From Clostridia bacterium (GTDB lineage Bacteria; Bacillota; Peptococcia; DRI-13; SM3-B62): DNA of 64,000 nucleotides. Position 1 is the stretch's first letter; each line of letters opens with the position of its first letter. The stretch lies in contig JAHDQS010000001.1 of NCBI GenBank assembly GCA_018433675.1, positions 42,232-106,231 of the forward strand, in the 5' to 3' direction. The notes below the pieces were generated by a model, which ran no database searches, was not told the origin of the DNA, and saw only the letters and a list, made by a program, of their open reading frames with translations. The position numbers and the translations under genes were made by a program. Positions 44,332 through 54,393 of this stretch are shown here, one piece after another.

Positions 44332-45525
44332 TTAATAGTTTTCCCGCATCTGCTCTATTCTTTTTACCGCCGACGGATGAGAGTAGCCAAACCACTCGAT
44401 AAAGGGTGCCGGCGCAAGGTCGGATAGGTTTTTCCGAGAAATGTTTACCTGTAAATCCACCGACGACTGGACATCTTCCGTAAGTATTACCGCAAACCTA
44501 TCTGCTTCTCTTTCCATGTAACGGGATATCCCATTTTGCAGCGGACTACTGATAAATGAACTCAGTATTAAAAACAGTACAACCATCCCCATAACTTCCG
44601 GTCCGTACCTAAAACCAAACGGAATCGTCCTGCTTAACATGATCCCGGCCAACCACCAAAGAATAAAACTTCCTAAGATACCAAGTCCCACCCCTTTGGT
44701 AATGTGCCCCAGTTTCCAATGCCCCATTTCATGTGCGACAACAGCTTTAACCTGTTCAGGAGGATAGTTTTGCAGAAGGGTATCGTACAATACGATCCGT
44801 TTTGTTCTTCCCAAACCGGTGAAATAGGCGTTCGCTTTAGTTGTACGACGCCCGGCATCCATCACGAGAACCTCGTCTACCTCTATGCCCGCTCTTTCGG
44901 CTAACTCTTCCACCATTTCGGTAATAGCCGGATTATGAACGGGTGTAAATTCATTAAAAAGCGGCGCAACTATGACAGGCCACAGGTAAGTCTGGATCAG
45001 AAGCCACAGGGAAAATAAACCCGCAATAATTACCCACCAAGTTTTTGACCAGTGTCCGATTACAAAATATAGAATCAGCAGCCCTGCCGTAAATAAAACC
45101 AGCTCGATTCCTGCTTCTAAAAAATAATCCTTCCACCAAGCAAAAAGCGACTGGGTCAAAAACCCCCACTTTTTTTGCCAGTAATAACCTCTAAAATACT
45201 GAACGGGTAGGCTTGTCAGTCTGAGCACAAGCCACAACAGTACAGCATACACCATATGGTTTCTCGCTCCACTGCCGATACCGTCTTTCCCTTTGCCAAA
45301 GACGAACCAAATAAGCACCCCTATTTGCAGGACAAAGCCAAGAATAGAAATAATCCGCGGTAAGCGTTGGTAATCCCTTCCCGCACTGACCTGTTTTGCA
45401 CTGAAATATTGGAACGTTTCAGGGGCTGCTTGCCCCGGAAAAATCGCAAACCAAAGATAGAGAAGACAAAAGACTCCGGCCATCAGCAACAAAAGAATCC
45501 ACAACCCATTAAATCTCGTTTCCAA
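44332..45525 (-). CDS. M48-family zinc metalloprotease (Ste24/HtpX-like), polytopic
   Basis: HEMGHWKLGH (HExxH) with multiple N-terminal TM helices. Confidence 0.85.
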   Translation of the reverse strand: METRFNGLWILLLLMAGVFCLLYLWFAIFPGQAAPETFQYFSAKQVSAGRDYQRLPRIISILGFVLQIGVLIWFVFGKGKDGIGSGARNHMVYAVLLWLVLRLTSLPVQYFRGYYWQKKWGFLTQSLFAWWKDYFLEAGIELVLFTAGLLILYFVIGHWSKTWWVIIAGLFSLWLLIQTYLWPVIVAPLFNEFTPVHNPAITEMVEELAERAGIEVDEVLVMDAGRRTTKANAYFTGLGRTKRIVLYDTLLQNYPPEQVKAVVAHEMGHWKLGHITKGVGLGILGSFILWWLAGIMLSRTIPFGFRYGPEVMGMVVLFLILSSFISSPLQNGISRYMEREADRFAVILTEDVQSSVDLQVNISRKNLSDLAPAPFIEWFGYSHPSAVKRIEQMRENY

Positions 45526-45611
45526 AAATTCACCCCGCTTCTTTACTTAGCTTTAGTTTCACGTGAAACCCGACGTGCAAGTCCCTTTTTTCACAAAACG
45601 GTTCTGCCTCA

Positions 45612-45641
45612 TTGACAACACTGCATTTTTAAATGTAATAT
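45612..45641 (+). promoter_or_regulatory. Candidate serC promoter
   Basis: TTGACA (45612-45617), an 18-nt spacer, then TAATAT (45636-45641), about 60 nt upstream of the serC ATG. Confidence 0.5.
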
Positions 45642-45699
45642 ATGTTTATTCTTAAATAAAATTATTATTATTATTTAATAGATGCTGGGAGTGATATTA

Positions 45700-46788
45700 A
45701 TGTCCTTAACACGTGCAAGAAACTTTAATGCCGGACCGTCTGCTCTTCCCCTTTCTGTATTGCAAAAGGCCGCAGAAGAACTCGTTAATTACCAAGGTTC
45801 AGGTATGTCCGTTATGGAAATGAGCCATCGCAGCAAGGAATATGAAGAAATTCATAACGACGCAAAATCCCTCTTGTTTGAACTGCTCAATATTCCCACG
45901 GAATATGATGTCCTTTTCCTTCAGGGCGGCGCAAGCCTGCAGTTCACCATGATTCCTATGAACCTTCTCAAAGAGGGGAAAAAGGCCGGCTACCTTATGA
46001 CCGGTGCTTGGTCGGAAAAAGCCTTGGCTGAAGCAAAAAAACTTGGGGAGGCTTACGAAGCGGCAAGCACAAAAAGCGAAAAATACCGCAGTATCCCTGA
46101 TATAAAAGGGTTAAAACTTTCTCCCGATACCGCTTATCTGCATGTTACCAGCAACAACACCATCTACGGCACACAATGGCATTCTTTTCCCGAAACCGGA
46201 AATGTTCCGCTTATTGCAGACATGTCAAGCGATATTCTATCCAGACCCGTTGACGTTAGTAAGTTTTCCATCATATACGCAGGTGCTCAAAAAAACCTCG
46301 GTCCTTCGGGAGTCACCGTTGTCATCATTCGTAAGGACTTGATCGAAGAAGCAAAGAAGGACATTCCCACCATGCTGCGTTATGATACACATGCCGACAA
46401 AAATTCCCTCTACAATACGCCTCCGACTTACGGGATTTATATGCTAAAAAATGTGCTTTCCTGGGCTAAGGACAACGGCGGCCTTAAAGGTCTGAAAGAG
46501 CTCAATGTCAAAAAAGCAGCTCTGATCTACGATGCAATCGACCAGAGCAATGGTTTTTATCAAGGCCACGCTGAAAAAGAAAGCCGTTCTTACATGAATA
46601 TCACCTTTCGTCTGACTAACGAGGAGCTGGAGAAAAAGTTTTTAGCAGAAGCCAAAAGCGCCGGTTTCGTCGGATTAAACGGCCACCGTTCGGTTGGAGG
46701 ATGCCGGGCTTCCGCTTATAACGCTGTGACTTACGAAAACTGCTTGGCTTTGCGCGATTTCATGCTTTCCTTCCAAAAAAATAATTGA
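45700..46788 (+). CDS. serC: Phosphoserine aminotransferase
   Basis: NFNAGPSALP, GSGMSVMEMSHRS and AGAQKNLGPSG (PLP lysine) motifs. I chose the start at MSLTRA (45700) because a GGGAG RBS precedes it. Confidence 0.9.
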   Translation: MSLTRARNFNAGPSALPLSVLQKAAEELVNYQGSGMSVMEMSHRSKEYEEIHNDAKSLLFELLNIPTEYDVLFLQGGASLQFTMIPMNLLKEGKKAGYLMTGAWSEKALAEAKKLGEAYEAASTKSEKYRSIPDIKGLKLSPDTAYLHVTSNNTIYGTQWHSFPETGNVPLIADMSSDILSRPVDVSKFSIIYAGAQKNLGPSGVTVVIIRKDLIEEAKKDIPTMLRYDTHADKNSLYNTPPTYGIYMLKNVLSWAKDNGGLKGLKELNVKKAALIYDAIDQSNGFYQGHAEKESRSYMNITFRLTNEELEKKFLAEAKSAGFVGLNGHRSVGGCRASAYNAVTYENCLALRDFMLSFQKNN

Positions 46789-46801
46789 TCTAGCGAAATA
46801 A

Positions 46802-47683
46802 TTAGTCCAGGAGTTCATAACTGCTTGTGATGACCGGGATATTGAGATTTCCCAGGACCCTCTCCAGCAGGATTCCTTCCCTTTCCGGGTATTTAAAGCC
46901 GTAACTGGCTCTGATTGCCGCGGTGATAAACTGTACCCCTCTGTCCAGGGCAATAGGCAAACTATCTCCCTGTAGCAGACTACCGACAATAACGCTTGTA
47001 AAACAATCGCCCGTTCCGGGGAAATGGGCCGGTATATAAACACAGCTGACCTTCCAGAAACGTTCGTCCTCTCGGTCATAAGCTATCACACTGGTTTTGT
47101 TTTTGCTTCCGGCCTCAGGAACACTGGTGATTATCACGATACGAGGACCCATCTCGGAAAGCCTTATCAGCCATTTTTTTGCGGTTTTTTCGCTAATACT
47201 GCCGCTGTACTTTTCATCCAGAAGGTAAGCCGCCTCCGTATAATTTGGGGTGATCACATCACCCTTTTTTATATACCCCTTCATGTTTTCAACCATTTCC
47301 TTGCCCATCGTCTGATATAGTTTACCGTTATCCCCCATCACCGGATCAATGACCACCAAGGGAGAATTTCCCGAAAAGGCATTGATAAAGCCGGTGATTA
47401 TTTCTATCTGCCGGGCTGATCCAAGAAAACCACTATAAATGCAATCAAATTCCAATCCCAGCTTGTGCCAGTGTGAAATAAATCCTTCCATGTAATCTGT
47501 GAGATCCACTAAGCTATATTCTTTGAAACCGCCTGTGTGCGTCGACAAGACAGCAGTAGGAACAGAACACACCTGAACTCCCATGGTCGATAGGATAGGA
47601 ATGACCACGGAAAGGGACGTCCTGCCAAAGCCGGATAAATCATGAATTGCCGCCACCCTGTTGACTGGTCTTTTCATTATCAT
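46802..47683 (-). CDS. pdxK: Pyridoxal/pyridoxamine kinase
   Basis: VAAIHDLSGFGRTSL..VLSTHTGGF..DPVMGD and C-terminal GTGD motifs. The start is at 47683 or 47677. Confidence 0.75.
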   Translation of the reverse strand: MIMKRPVNRVAAIHDLSGFGRTSLSVVIPILSTMGVQVCSVPTAVLSTHTGGFKEYSLVDLTDYMEGFISHWHKLGLEFDCIYSGFLGSARQIEIITGFINAFSGNSPLVVIDPVMGDNGKLYQTMGKEMVENMKGYIKKGDVITPNYTEAAYLLDEKYSGSISEKTAKKWLIRLSEMGPRIVIITSVPEAGSKNKTSVIAYDREDERFWKVSCVYIPAHFPGTGDCFTSVIVGSLLQGDSLPIALDRGVQFITAAIRASYGFKYPEREGILLERVLGNLNIPVITSSYELLD

Positions 47684-47698
47684 TAGCCTTCTTCCTTA

Positions 47699-48628
47699 TC
47701 AATATTTCAGCCTGAAGGTTTTGTATCCTTTGTAGTCTACAGTCTCTACACCGTCATCCTGTGCCAGGCTCTTAAATATTTCTTCTATATTATCACAACT
47801 TCGTGAGTTTAAGAAACTTCTGACTTCATGTTGATTCATAGGATGCCTGCCGATAATGCTTAACACCGCCTCATAATGATCCTCTACCCTGCTGGCAAAA
47901 CCCTCAGAGGCCAAAACATTTATGAGTGTTCCTCCCAGAAGTTCCCCAGCCTTGCGCATGGTCGCCTCTGACGACTGTTCTACCCATTTCTCCGCCGGAG
48001 GCCGAACCGGACTGTTGATAAATAGTCTGTCGTAAGAAACCTCCGCTAAAAGCTCCTTTATTTTTTGTAAACCCTCTTCACTGTCATTGATTCCTTTGAC
48101 CAGCATAGTTTCTATCCATAATTCACCTTCATACTCATGAGAGAACTCTTTGAGCCCCCGGAAAACATCTTTGAATCTAATTGTACCGTAGGGGCGGTTT
48201 ATTTTTCTAAAAGTCTCTTCATCATAAGCATCAAGCGAGGGCAAAACAAGGTCTGCTTCCTTTAGCCCGGCTTTTACCTCCTCTTCGTACAAAAGTGCAC
48301 CATTGGTAATCACTGCAATCGGTTTTGCGGTGTTTTTTTTGAGTTCCTTAATAAGATTGTGAATATCGGCAAATAAGGTTGGTTCTCCTTCGCCGACCAA
48401 CGTCACAATATCAAATACCCCGCCTTTCTTAATATAATCTCTGAATTCCTTAACGAGCGCCTCAACCTGATAAAAAGACCGCCGCTCATTAGTCATTCCC
48501 CGGGTTCTTCCTAACTGGCAATAAACACATGAGTAATTACATACCTTTTTGGGTATAGGACTAATGCCCAAAGAAAGCCCCATCCTCCTGGAAGGAACGG
48601 GCCCATAAACAAATTGATACGCTGACAT
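47699..48628 (-). CDS. Radical SAM protein (COG0731-like), function unknown
   Basis: YGPVPSRRMGLSLGI..CNYSCVYCQ is a CxxxCxxC cluster motif. I chose the start at MSAYQF (48628) because a GGAGGTG RBS precedes it. Confidence 0.8.
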   Translation of the reverse strand: MSAYQFVYGPVPSRRMGLSLGISPIPKKVCNYSCVYCQLGRTRGMTNERRSFYQVEALVKEFRDYIKKGGVFDIVTLVGEGEPTLFADIHNLIKELKKNTAKPIAVITNGALLYEEEVKAGLKEADLVLPSLDAYDEETFRKINRPYGTIRFKDVFRGLKEFSHEYEGELWIETMLVKGINDSEEGLQKIKELLAEVSYDRLFINSPVRPPAEKWVEQSSEATMRKAGELLGGTLINVLASEGFASRVEDHYEAVLSIIGRHPMNQHEVRSFLNSRSCDNIEEIFKSLAQDDGVETVDYKGYKTFRLKY

Positions 48629-48660
48629 AATTAGCACCTCCATTACTATTTAACAACCAG

Positions 48661-48978
48661 CTATGGGGAAGGCTTTTTTATCTCCATAAACTTCACAATA
48701 CCATAAGCGGCAAGAGCATAAACAGCCATGGCTATCAGCGTAGCCGGTTCAAATACCGCCTTGGCTTCTATCCCCTCCGTTGCCACCGATCTGAAAATAC
48801 CTTCAAAAGGTAATAAAAACACTCCGCTGAGAGAATAAATAAAGGAAACAAAGCCACTGCCCGGATTTGCTCCCAATAGTTTAAAAATAAAACGAAAGGC
48901 AAGCAGCAATTCCAGGACCCCTAGTATATAATACACCATTTTCCTGGCAATAAACAAATTACCGCTTAGCCTTTTCAC
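48661..48978 (-). CDS. YggT-family membrane protein
   Basis: LLAFRFIFKLLGANP..F..IYSLSGVFLLPF pattern, 105 aa. Confidence 0.65.
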   Translation of the reverse strand: MKRLSGNLFIARKMVYYILGVLELLLAFRFIFKLLGANPGSGFVSFIYSLSGVFLLPFEGIFRSVATEGIEAKAVFEPATLIAMAVYALAAYGIVKFMEIKKPSP

Positions 48979-49026
48979 TTAAAATCCTCCCTACTATTTT
49001 CTCAATAGTAGTTTACCCATTTCTCT

Positions 49027-49407
49027 CTAATCATATAGTTCTTCAATGTCCAAAGCCCAGGTAGCGACAAACAGCGTTCCCGGTATCGCAAAGAAAATGT
49101 ATTCAAATTCCCCGTTCCAGGTGCCTTCAACGATGTACTTGACCACGGTATACATCAAAGCACTGCCTACAGCAATAACCCCCCCTGGCATCTCCTTCCA
49201 CCATCCGAGCAACATGCCGAATATTAAAGCACCCGGTACAAGAAACAGCATAACCCACTGCCCGAAACTGTTACTAGCAAGATTTTTAATCTCTTCCCCG
49301 CGAGCAAACATCACCAGTATAGTTCCCATCGAAAGAATACTTGTTATTCTAGCCAGCCAGCGCATGGTCATGACAAAACGCCAATGCTTCAAAGCTTCTT
49401 TATTCAT
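49027..49407 (-). CDS. Hypothetical four-TM membrane protein
   Basis: Hydrophobic profile only. I chose the start at MNKEAL (49407); the track ORF extends to 49473. Confidence 0.4.
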   Translation of the reverse strand: MNKEALKHWRFVMTMRWLARITSILSMGTILVMFARGEEIKNLASNSFGQWVMLFLVPGALIFGMLLGWWKEMPGGVIAVGSALMYTVVKYIVEGTWNGEFEYIFFAIPGTLFVATWALDIEELYD

Positions 49408-49561
49408 TTCAGACTTGATTCCTCCTCTAAGGTATTTCAAACAAGATTTAACTCTTAATAGAAATAATACCATAAATCTGACGCTTGTTGTATTGTTTTG
49501 TTCTAAAATTTATAACTATGTATATTATTAAGTATTTTTGGCATAACTCTCGCTAAGAAAA

Positions 49562-49605
49562 AGCCCAAGGCGCAATTCCTCCGGCTCCTTAGGCTTTTCC
49601 CTGAC
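49562..49605 (-). terminator. Intrinsic terminator downstream of rubrerythrin
   Basis: Minus-strand RNA reads AAGCCUAAGG-loop-CCUUGGGCUU (one G.U pair) followed by UUUCUU. Confidence 0.55.
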
Positions 49606-49620
49606 TTATATTGTACAGTT

Positions 49621-50160
49621 TTAAATATTTTCCGCTTTAACCTCGAAAAAGGCTTGTGGATGGTCGCAAACAGGACAAACCTCCGGCGCCTCGTTCCCCT
49701 CGTGGATATGTCCACAGTTCCTGCATTTCCATTTAACCTGTGACTCCTTTTTGAAGACAACTCCCTTTTCAATGTTCTCCAGCAGCTTCTTATATCTTTC
49801 TTCGTGTTCCTTTTCTATCACTGCAATACCGTCAAAAATCTTGGCAATATCCTCAAAGCCCTCTTCGCGAGCGTCTTTTGCCATACGAGGATACATATCT
49901 GTCCATTCTTCGTTTTCTCCAGTAGCCGCATCTTTAAGGTTTTCTATTGTATTGCCTATTCCTTGAAGCAATTTAAAGTGGATTTTTGCGTGTTCTTTCT
50001 CATTATTAGCCGTTTCCTCAAATATTTCCGCTATTTGTTGGTATCCTTCTTTTTTAGCTACGGATGCAAAATATGTGTACTTGTTCCTGGCTTGCGATTC
50101 TCCCGCAAACGCTTCCCATAAGTTTTTTTCTGTTTTTGTTCCCTTGAGTTCTTTTCCCAT
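49621..50160 (-). CDS. Rubrerythrin (diiron domain plus C-terminal rubredoxin-like domain)
   Basis: EKEHAKIH and EKEHEERY ExxH motifs, plus CRNCG..CPVC. I chose the start at MGKELKG (50160) because an AAGGGGG RBS precedes it. Confidence 0.9.
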   Translation of the reverse strand: MGKELKGTKTEKNLWEAFAGESQARNKYTYFASVAKKEGYQQIAEIFEETANNEKEHAKIHFKLLQGIGNTIENLKDAATGENEEWTDMYPRMAKDAREEGFEDIAKIFDGIAVIEKEHEERYKKLLENIEKGVVFKKESQVKWKCRNCGHIHEGNEAPEVCPVCDHPQAFFEVKAENI

Positions 50161-50317
50161 TTTTACAAGCCCCCTTTTCTTAGCTACTGTTTTAAGGTTT
50201 ATCACATCTTATTATATTTATCCCCGGATTGCAAGCCAACAGCGAATTCTTGTGTGTTTATTCCAATAAAAATATCACCGGGTCCCCAGGGCTTGGTTTT
50301 TAAACGGGAAGGAATAC

Positions 50318-51217
50318 TCAATCCATGGATCCATTATATTTGTTCACCAACAGCACTCCGAAAATAATAAAAACCCCGCCGATCAAAGAAGATAATAACA
50401 GCTTTTCTTCAAGAAACAGCACAGAGATAGCGGTCACAAAAAGAGGAATCAAATTCAAAAAAGCAGCAGCTTCCCCGGCCTTAACCTTTACAACTGCCGC
50501 ATTCCAGCAAACATATGAAAGAAGCGTCGGGAAAATATTCAGCATCAAAATCCAGAATAAGTGAGAAGGATTGAGTTTTGTCACCCAGTCCAAGCCGCTT
50601 ATCATGCCGTCGAAGAAAACCAGTATAAGATTTAACAGCAGACCACCGCAAATCAAAAAAGTAAAAAGGGGCCACTGATTGAATACTCCAGCCACTTTTT
50701 TATAAATCAAAGAATAGAGAGCCCAACTGAACACGCTTAACAACATAATGGCATCGCCGGGATTGACATTCATCTGGAACAAGCGACCCAATTGACCGTT
50801 GAAGATTATAGTTAGCACGCCAATCAGCGAAACAAATATACCGACAAACTGGATTTTATCCAATTTTTCCCGGTAGAGAACAAACGCAGACAACGTGAAA
50901 ACAATCGGACTAAAAGATTGAATAAAAGAAGCATTGATGGCCGTCGTATAATTAACCGCCAGATATGCGGTTACGCCATTAATACAATATCCTGTCAGAG
51001 CCAGAAAAAGCAAGATATGCATCTTGTCAAGATAAAACCGCAGGTTTGCTCTGATTTCCGTCCAAGTCAGCGGAAAAAACACCAAAAAAGCAACCAACCA
51101 GCGCATGAAGTTTAGCGCTATCGGCGGCACTATACCCGCCAAAATTTTCCCAATTATAAAGTTCAAAGAAAAGAAAGCGGCTGCCAAGACAAGAAGCAAA
51201 TAACGATTTATTTGCAT
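50318..51217 (-). CDS. DMT-superfamily (EamA) transporter
   Basis: 299-aa ten-TM profile with two EamA-like halves. Confidence 0.7.
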   Translation of the reverse strand: MQINRYLLLVLAAAFFSLNFIIGKILAGIVPPIALNFMRWLVAFLVFFPLTWTEIRANLRFYLDKMHILLFLALTGYCINGVTAYLAVNYTTAINASFIQSFSPIVFTLSAFVLYREKLDKIQFVGIFVSLIGVLTIIFNGQLGRLFQMNVNPGDAIMLLSVFSWALYSLIYKKVAGVFNQWPLFTFLICGGLLLNLILVFFDGMISGLDWVTKLNPSHLFWILMLNIFPTLLSYVCWNAAVVKVKAGEAAAFLNLIPLFVTAISVLFLEEKLLLSSLIGGVFIIFGVLLVNKYNGSMD

Positions 51218-51235
51218 GTACTATTCCTTTCAAAG

Positions 51236-51268
51236 GCGCCCGGAAGATATTTCTCCGGGCGCTTTTTT
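51236..51268 (+). terminator. Strong GC hairpin with a plus-strand U-tract, lying between two minus-strand genes
   Basis: GCGCCCGGA-AGATATTTC-TCCGGGCGC followed by TTTTTT on the plus strand. The minus-strand reading is followed only by CUUUGAAAGG. Confidence 0.5.
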
Positions 51269-51325
51269 GATATTATTCATCCCTTTTTTAACACTTTATC
51301 TCATTAACCAGCTTTAAGAGTCACT

Positions 51326-52171
51326 TCATTTTGTGTGTTCTTGCACCCATTCATCGAGTGTTACAACTTTATCCGGCCATTCCAAAATTTTATTATGCGG
51401 AGGAAGGGGAGGATTAGGTGCTAGCATATATCCAACCGGGAAAGAGTGCCCGGTCACATATGCTTTTTCCATGCCGGTAACCCATTCTTCAAAGAAATTG
51501 ATATTTAAGCCCACTGCAACCTCGCTATCCGTAAAGAAGCCCATCCTTCTTCCCCCATGGCAAGGGAGTCCGATAAACAAGTCATTATGAAGGTAAGCTT
51601 GAGCAGCACTAACCGCACATATACCGCACATATTAAAATACGTTATTATGTTAGGGTTGCCTGTATTCCACATCTGACCATCAAGCACTTTATTAATCAT
51701 TCCCGGACATACCGCAAAGAGAATAACATCAGGTTCAATCGTTAGATCCTGCAGTGGTCCAACTAGAATATCCTTCATCGTATTCGGGGTTATTTTCGGT
51801 ATATCCTTCTGAGCAATTCCAGCCGCCTCGGCAGTAGCAAAATGAACCCCGCCCATATGTTCACCCGTGGCAACAAAGCCATCCCATGGTTCAAAACCAA
51901 GAACACCTGCTGCGAAGGGACAATTGAAATCCCCGCTGTTTACAATGTAGTTCTTTCTAACGAGACATCTTTCATAGCGAGCAAAAGAAATATACTGACA
52001 GAACGTCCCTTTAAAATCAGGCCTTTCACCTACACCTTCAGGCACAGCTTCGCCGATCTTGTAAAACTTCAGTCCTACGGGCATGGTGGGAATTCTGAGG
52101 TGCGCCTCGATCAGCCTGGCCTTTTCAATGTTTTCTTTTAGTCCTCTTGGTCTGTCAAATTCAGTCTTCAT
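51326..52171 (-). CDS. DUF169-family protein (paralogue 2)
   Basis: Shares PVG(L/I)KF, FCQY(I/L)S(F/L)ARY, GxCG(I/V)C and VTGHS(F/Y)P blocks with the adjacent gene. I chose the start at MKTEFD (52171). Confidence 0.7.
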   Translation of the reverse strand: MKTEFDRPRGLKENIEKARLIEAHLRIPTMPVGLKFYKIGEAVPEGVGERPDFKGTFCQYISFARYERCLVRKNYIVNSGDFNCPFAAGVLGFEPWDGFVATGEHMGGVHFATAEAAGIAQKDIPKITPNTMKDILVGPLQDLTIEPDVILFAVCPGMINKVLDGQMWNTGNPNIITYFNMCGICAVSAAQAYLHNDLFIGLPCHGGRRMGFFTDSEVAVGLNINFFEEWVTGMEKAYVTGHSFPVGYMLAPNPPLPPHNKILEWPDKVVTLDEWVQEHTK

Positions 52172-52241
52172 ATTTTTACCCCTTTCAATTATCATTTTTA
52201 TTTATTTTCATAGCCTTTTCATTTCACCATAGGCAATAACG

Positions 52242-53039
52242 CTAGGCTCTTTCCACTTTATTTGGCCACTCTATGATGCGATAATGCGGTGCATGAGAAG
52301 GATTCGGATACATGCCAATCCCTATGGGATAAGAGTGTCCGGTAACATAGGTCTTTTCCAATCCATCTAAGAATTCATCCAGAATTTCTGATGAAATGCC
52401 TACAATCAACTCAATATCCTGATAGTTACCAAACCGTCTTGAGCCCTGACAGGGAAATCCTACAACCAAGGTTTTCTCTAAATATGCTTTTACAACCGTC
52501 CATCCGCAGACACCACAGATTCCTGAATACTTTACATTTAACCCCCCCGAATTGAACCACTGGTAGCCTTCCGATATTCTATTTAGTTGTCCGGGCAGGA
52601 TAGCTAAAAAAACCAGATCGGGGCGAACATCCATTTTCTCTAAAGGACCAATTATTAAACCGCTAAGTTCCCCCTTTGGCATTAAGGGAACAGATCTCAC
52701 AGACTCCTGGCTGTCTTCCAGGTTTTTGTGATGAATATTCAAGAACTTTTCGCCATTTGTCCAATCCTCAGGCCAATCATTGAATCCCAAGGCTACTAAC
52801 GCCATTGAACAAATAATATCTTCTTTTTTCACATAATACACATCCTGATGGCACCGATCGTAGCGCGCCAAAGAAAGGTATTGACATAAATTGTATTTTT
52901 CAGTCGGCTTGCAATATCTACCATCATCAACAGTCTCATTGTCTTTAATAAATTTAATTCCCACTGGAAAGGTCAATGGACGAATGTGCCATTCAATTTG
53001 TTTAGTTATATCAATGTTTTCTTTTAATATTTCGGCCAT
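52242..53039 (-). CDS. DUF169-family protein (paralogue 1)
   Basis: FPVGIKF..LCQYLSLARYDRC..GICGVCG..YVTGHSYP. A GAGGAGG RBS precedes the start, which lies 31 nt downstream of dctM. Confidence 0.7.
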   Translation of the reverse strand: MAEILKENIDITKQIEWHIRPLTFPVGIKFIKDNETVDDGRYCKPTEKYNLCQYLSLARYDRCHQDVYYVKKEDIICSMALVALGFNDWPEDWTNGEKFLNIHHKNLEDSQESVRSVPLMPKGELSGLIIGPLEKMDVRPDLVFLAILPGQLNRISEGYQWFNSGGLNVKYSGICGVCGWTVVKAYLEKTLVVGFPCQGSRRFGNYQDIELIVGISSEILDEFLDGLEKTYVTGHSYPIGIGMYPNPSHAPHYRIIEWPNKVERA

Positions 53040-53070
53040 TTTATTACCTCCTCGTCTTTTTGCGTTTTAC

Positions 53071-54393
53071 TCATCTCACCATTAAACTTGGCAACCAAAG
53101 AATAAACTGCGGAAAAGCGGCAAAAAGAATTACACCGATAATCTGAATAATAATAAAGGGAACAACTCCTTTGTATATATCCCATGTCGTAATCTCCGGA
53201 GGAGCTATGCCTTTCAGATAAAAAATGGAATAGGCAAACGGAGGTGTGAGAAATGACGTTTGCATAACAATCATAATCATCATCGCAAACCATATTTCAT
53301 TATAGCCCAGTGTAGCCGCAATAGGCGTAAACAGCGGAACAACTATCATGATAATCCCAATCCAGTCTATAAACATTCCCAATAGAAAAACGATCAAGAA
53401 CATACAAAATATTATGCCCCAGGACGGAAGAGGCAGACCCACAACCATGTTTTTTACTACCTCCGAGCATCCCAATCGCAAAAAGACTCCCGTATATACA
53501 GATGCTCCCACAATCACCAGATACACCATGCTGCATACCTTAACGGTTTGATGTATTATTGATTTGATATTTTCCCGATTTAAGGATTTATAGGCAACCG
53601 CAAGGATTAAAGCTCCCGCACATCCGATAGCTGCGGCCTCGGTGGCGGCTGCCAGCCCAAAAAATATTGATCCGAGCACACTTAATATCAATATCCCAAC
53701 GGGCAAAACCGAAGTGCAAAACAACTTAATCTTTTTCCAAGTGCCGATTTTAACCTCGTCCTCGGCCCTCATTCCCGGACCCAGCTCCGGATTTATCTTG
53801 CATCTGATTACTATATAAAGAATGTACATAGCCGAAAGCGTCAAGCCGGGAATAAAAGCACCCATGAACAGTTTTCCGACCGACAAACCGGCCATCGGAC
53901 CATATATTAAAATCAATACGCTCGGCGGTATCAGTATTCCCAACGTACCACCCGCACAAATAGTTCCGGTAGCCAGCGCTTTATCATATTTATACTTCAT
54001 CATTGTAGGCAGAGCCAAAAGTCCCATTGTTACAACCGAAGCCCCGATAACCCCCGTAGCGGCGGCAAAGATCGTGCAGGTAACCATCGTTGCAAGTGCC
54101 ATGCCCCCATTAAGACGTCCCAAAATAAGGTACATAGCATCAAATAATTTGCTTGCCAACCCGGATTTTTCAATTATAATTCCCATACAGATAAAAAGCG
54201 GAACCGCAACCAAAATATAATCCATGAAAGTTCCAAATGTTTTGAGGACAAATATCCCCGTATAAGCCGGCCCAACAAATATTAACCCAAACAGGGCACC
54301 CACGCCACCTAAAACTAAGGCAATGGGATAACCGAGAATAATTAAAACGATAAGCGAAGTAAGCATTAATAATGCTATCATACTTGCACTCAT
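53071..54393 (-). CDS. TRAP transporter large permease (DctM family)
   Basis: 440-aa polytopic protein with a typical DctM sequence (LALPTM..GTLGILIPPS). It overlaps dctQ by 4 nt. Confidence 0.85.
   Translation of the reverse strand: MSASMIALLMLTSLIVLIILGYPIALVLGGVGALFGLIFVGPAYTGIFVLKTFGTFMDYILVAVPLFICMGIIIEKSGLASKLFDAMYLILGRLNGGMALATMVTCTIFAAATGVIGASVVTMGLLALPTMMKYKYDKALATGTICAGGTLGILIPPSVLILIYGPMAGLSVGKLFMGAFIPGLTLSAMYILYIVIRCKINPELGPGMRAEDEVKIGTWKKIKLFCTSVLPVGILILSVLGSIFFGLAAATEAAAIGCAGALILAVAYKSLNRENIKSIIHQTVKVCSMVYLVIVGASVYTGVFLRLGCSEVVKNMVVGLPLPSWGIIFCMFLIVFLLGMFIDWIGIIMIVVPLFTPIAATLGYNEIWFAMMIMIVMQTSFLTPPFAYSIFYLKGIAPPEITTWDIYKGVVPFIIIQIIGVILFAAFPQFILWLPSLMVR

Noticed and set aside
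46675-47079. A 134-aa minus-strand ORF bridging the serC 3' end and the pdxK 3' end.
   Set aside because: It overlaps two well-supported genes in other frames, and its product has no recognisable features.
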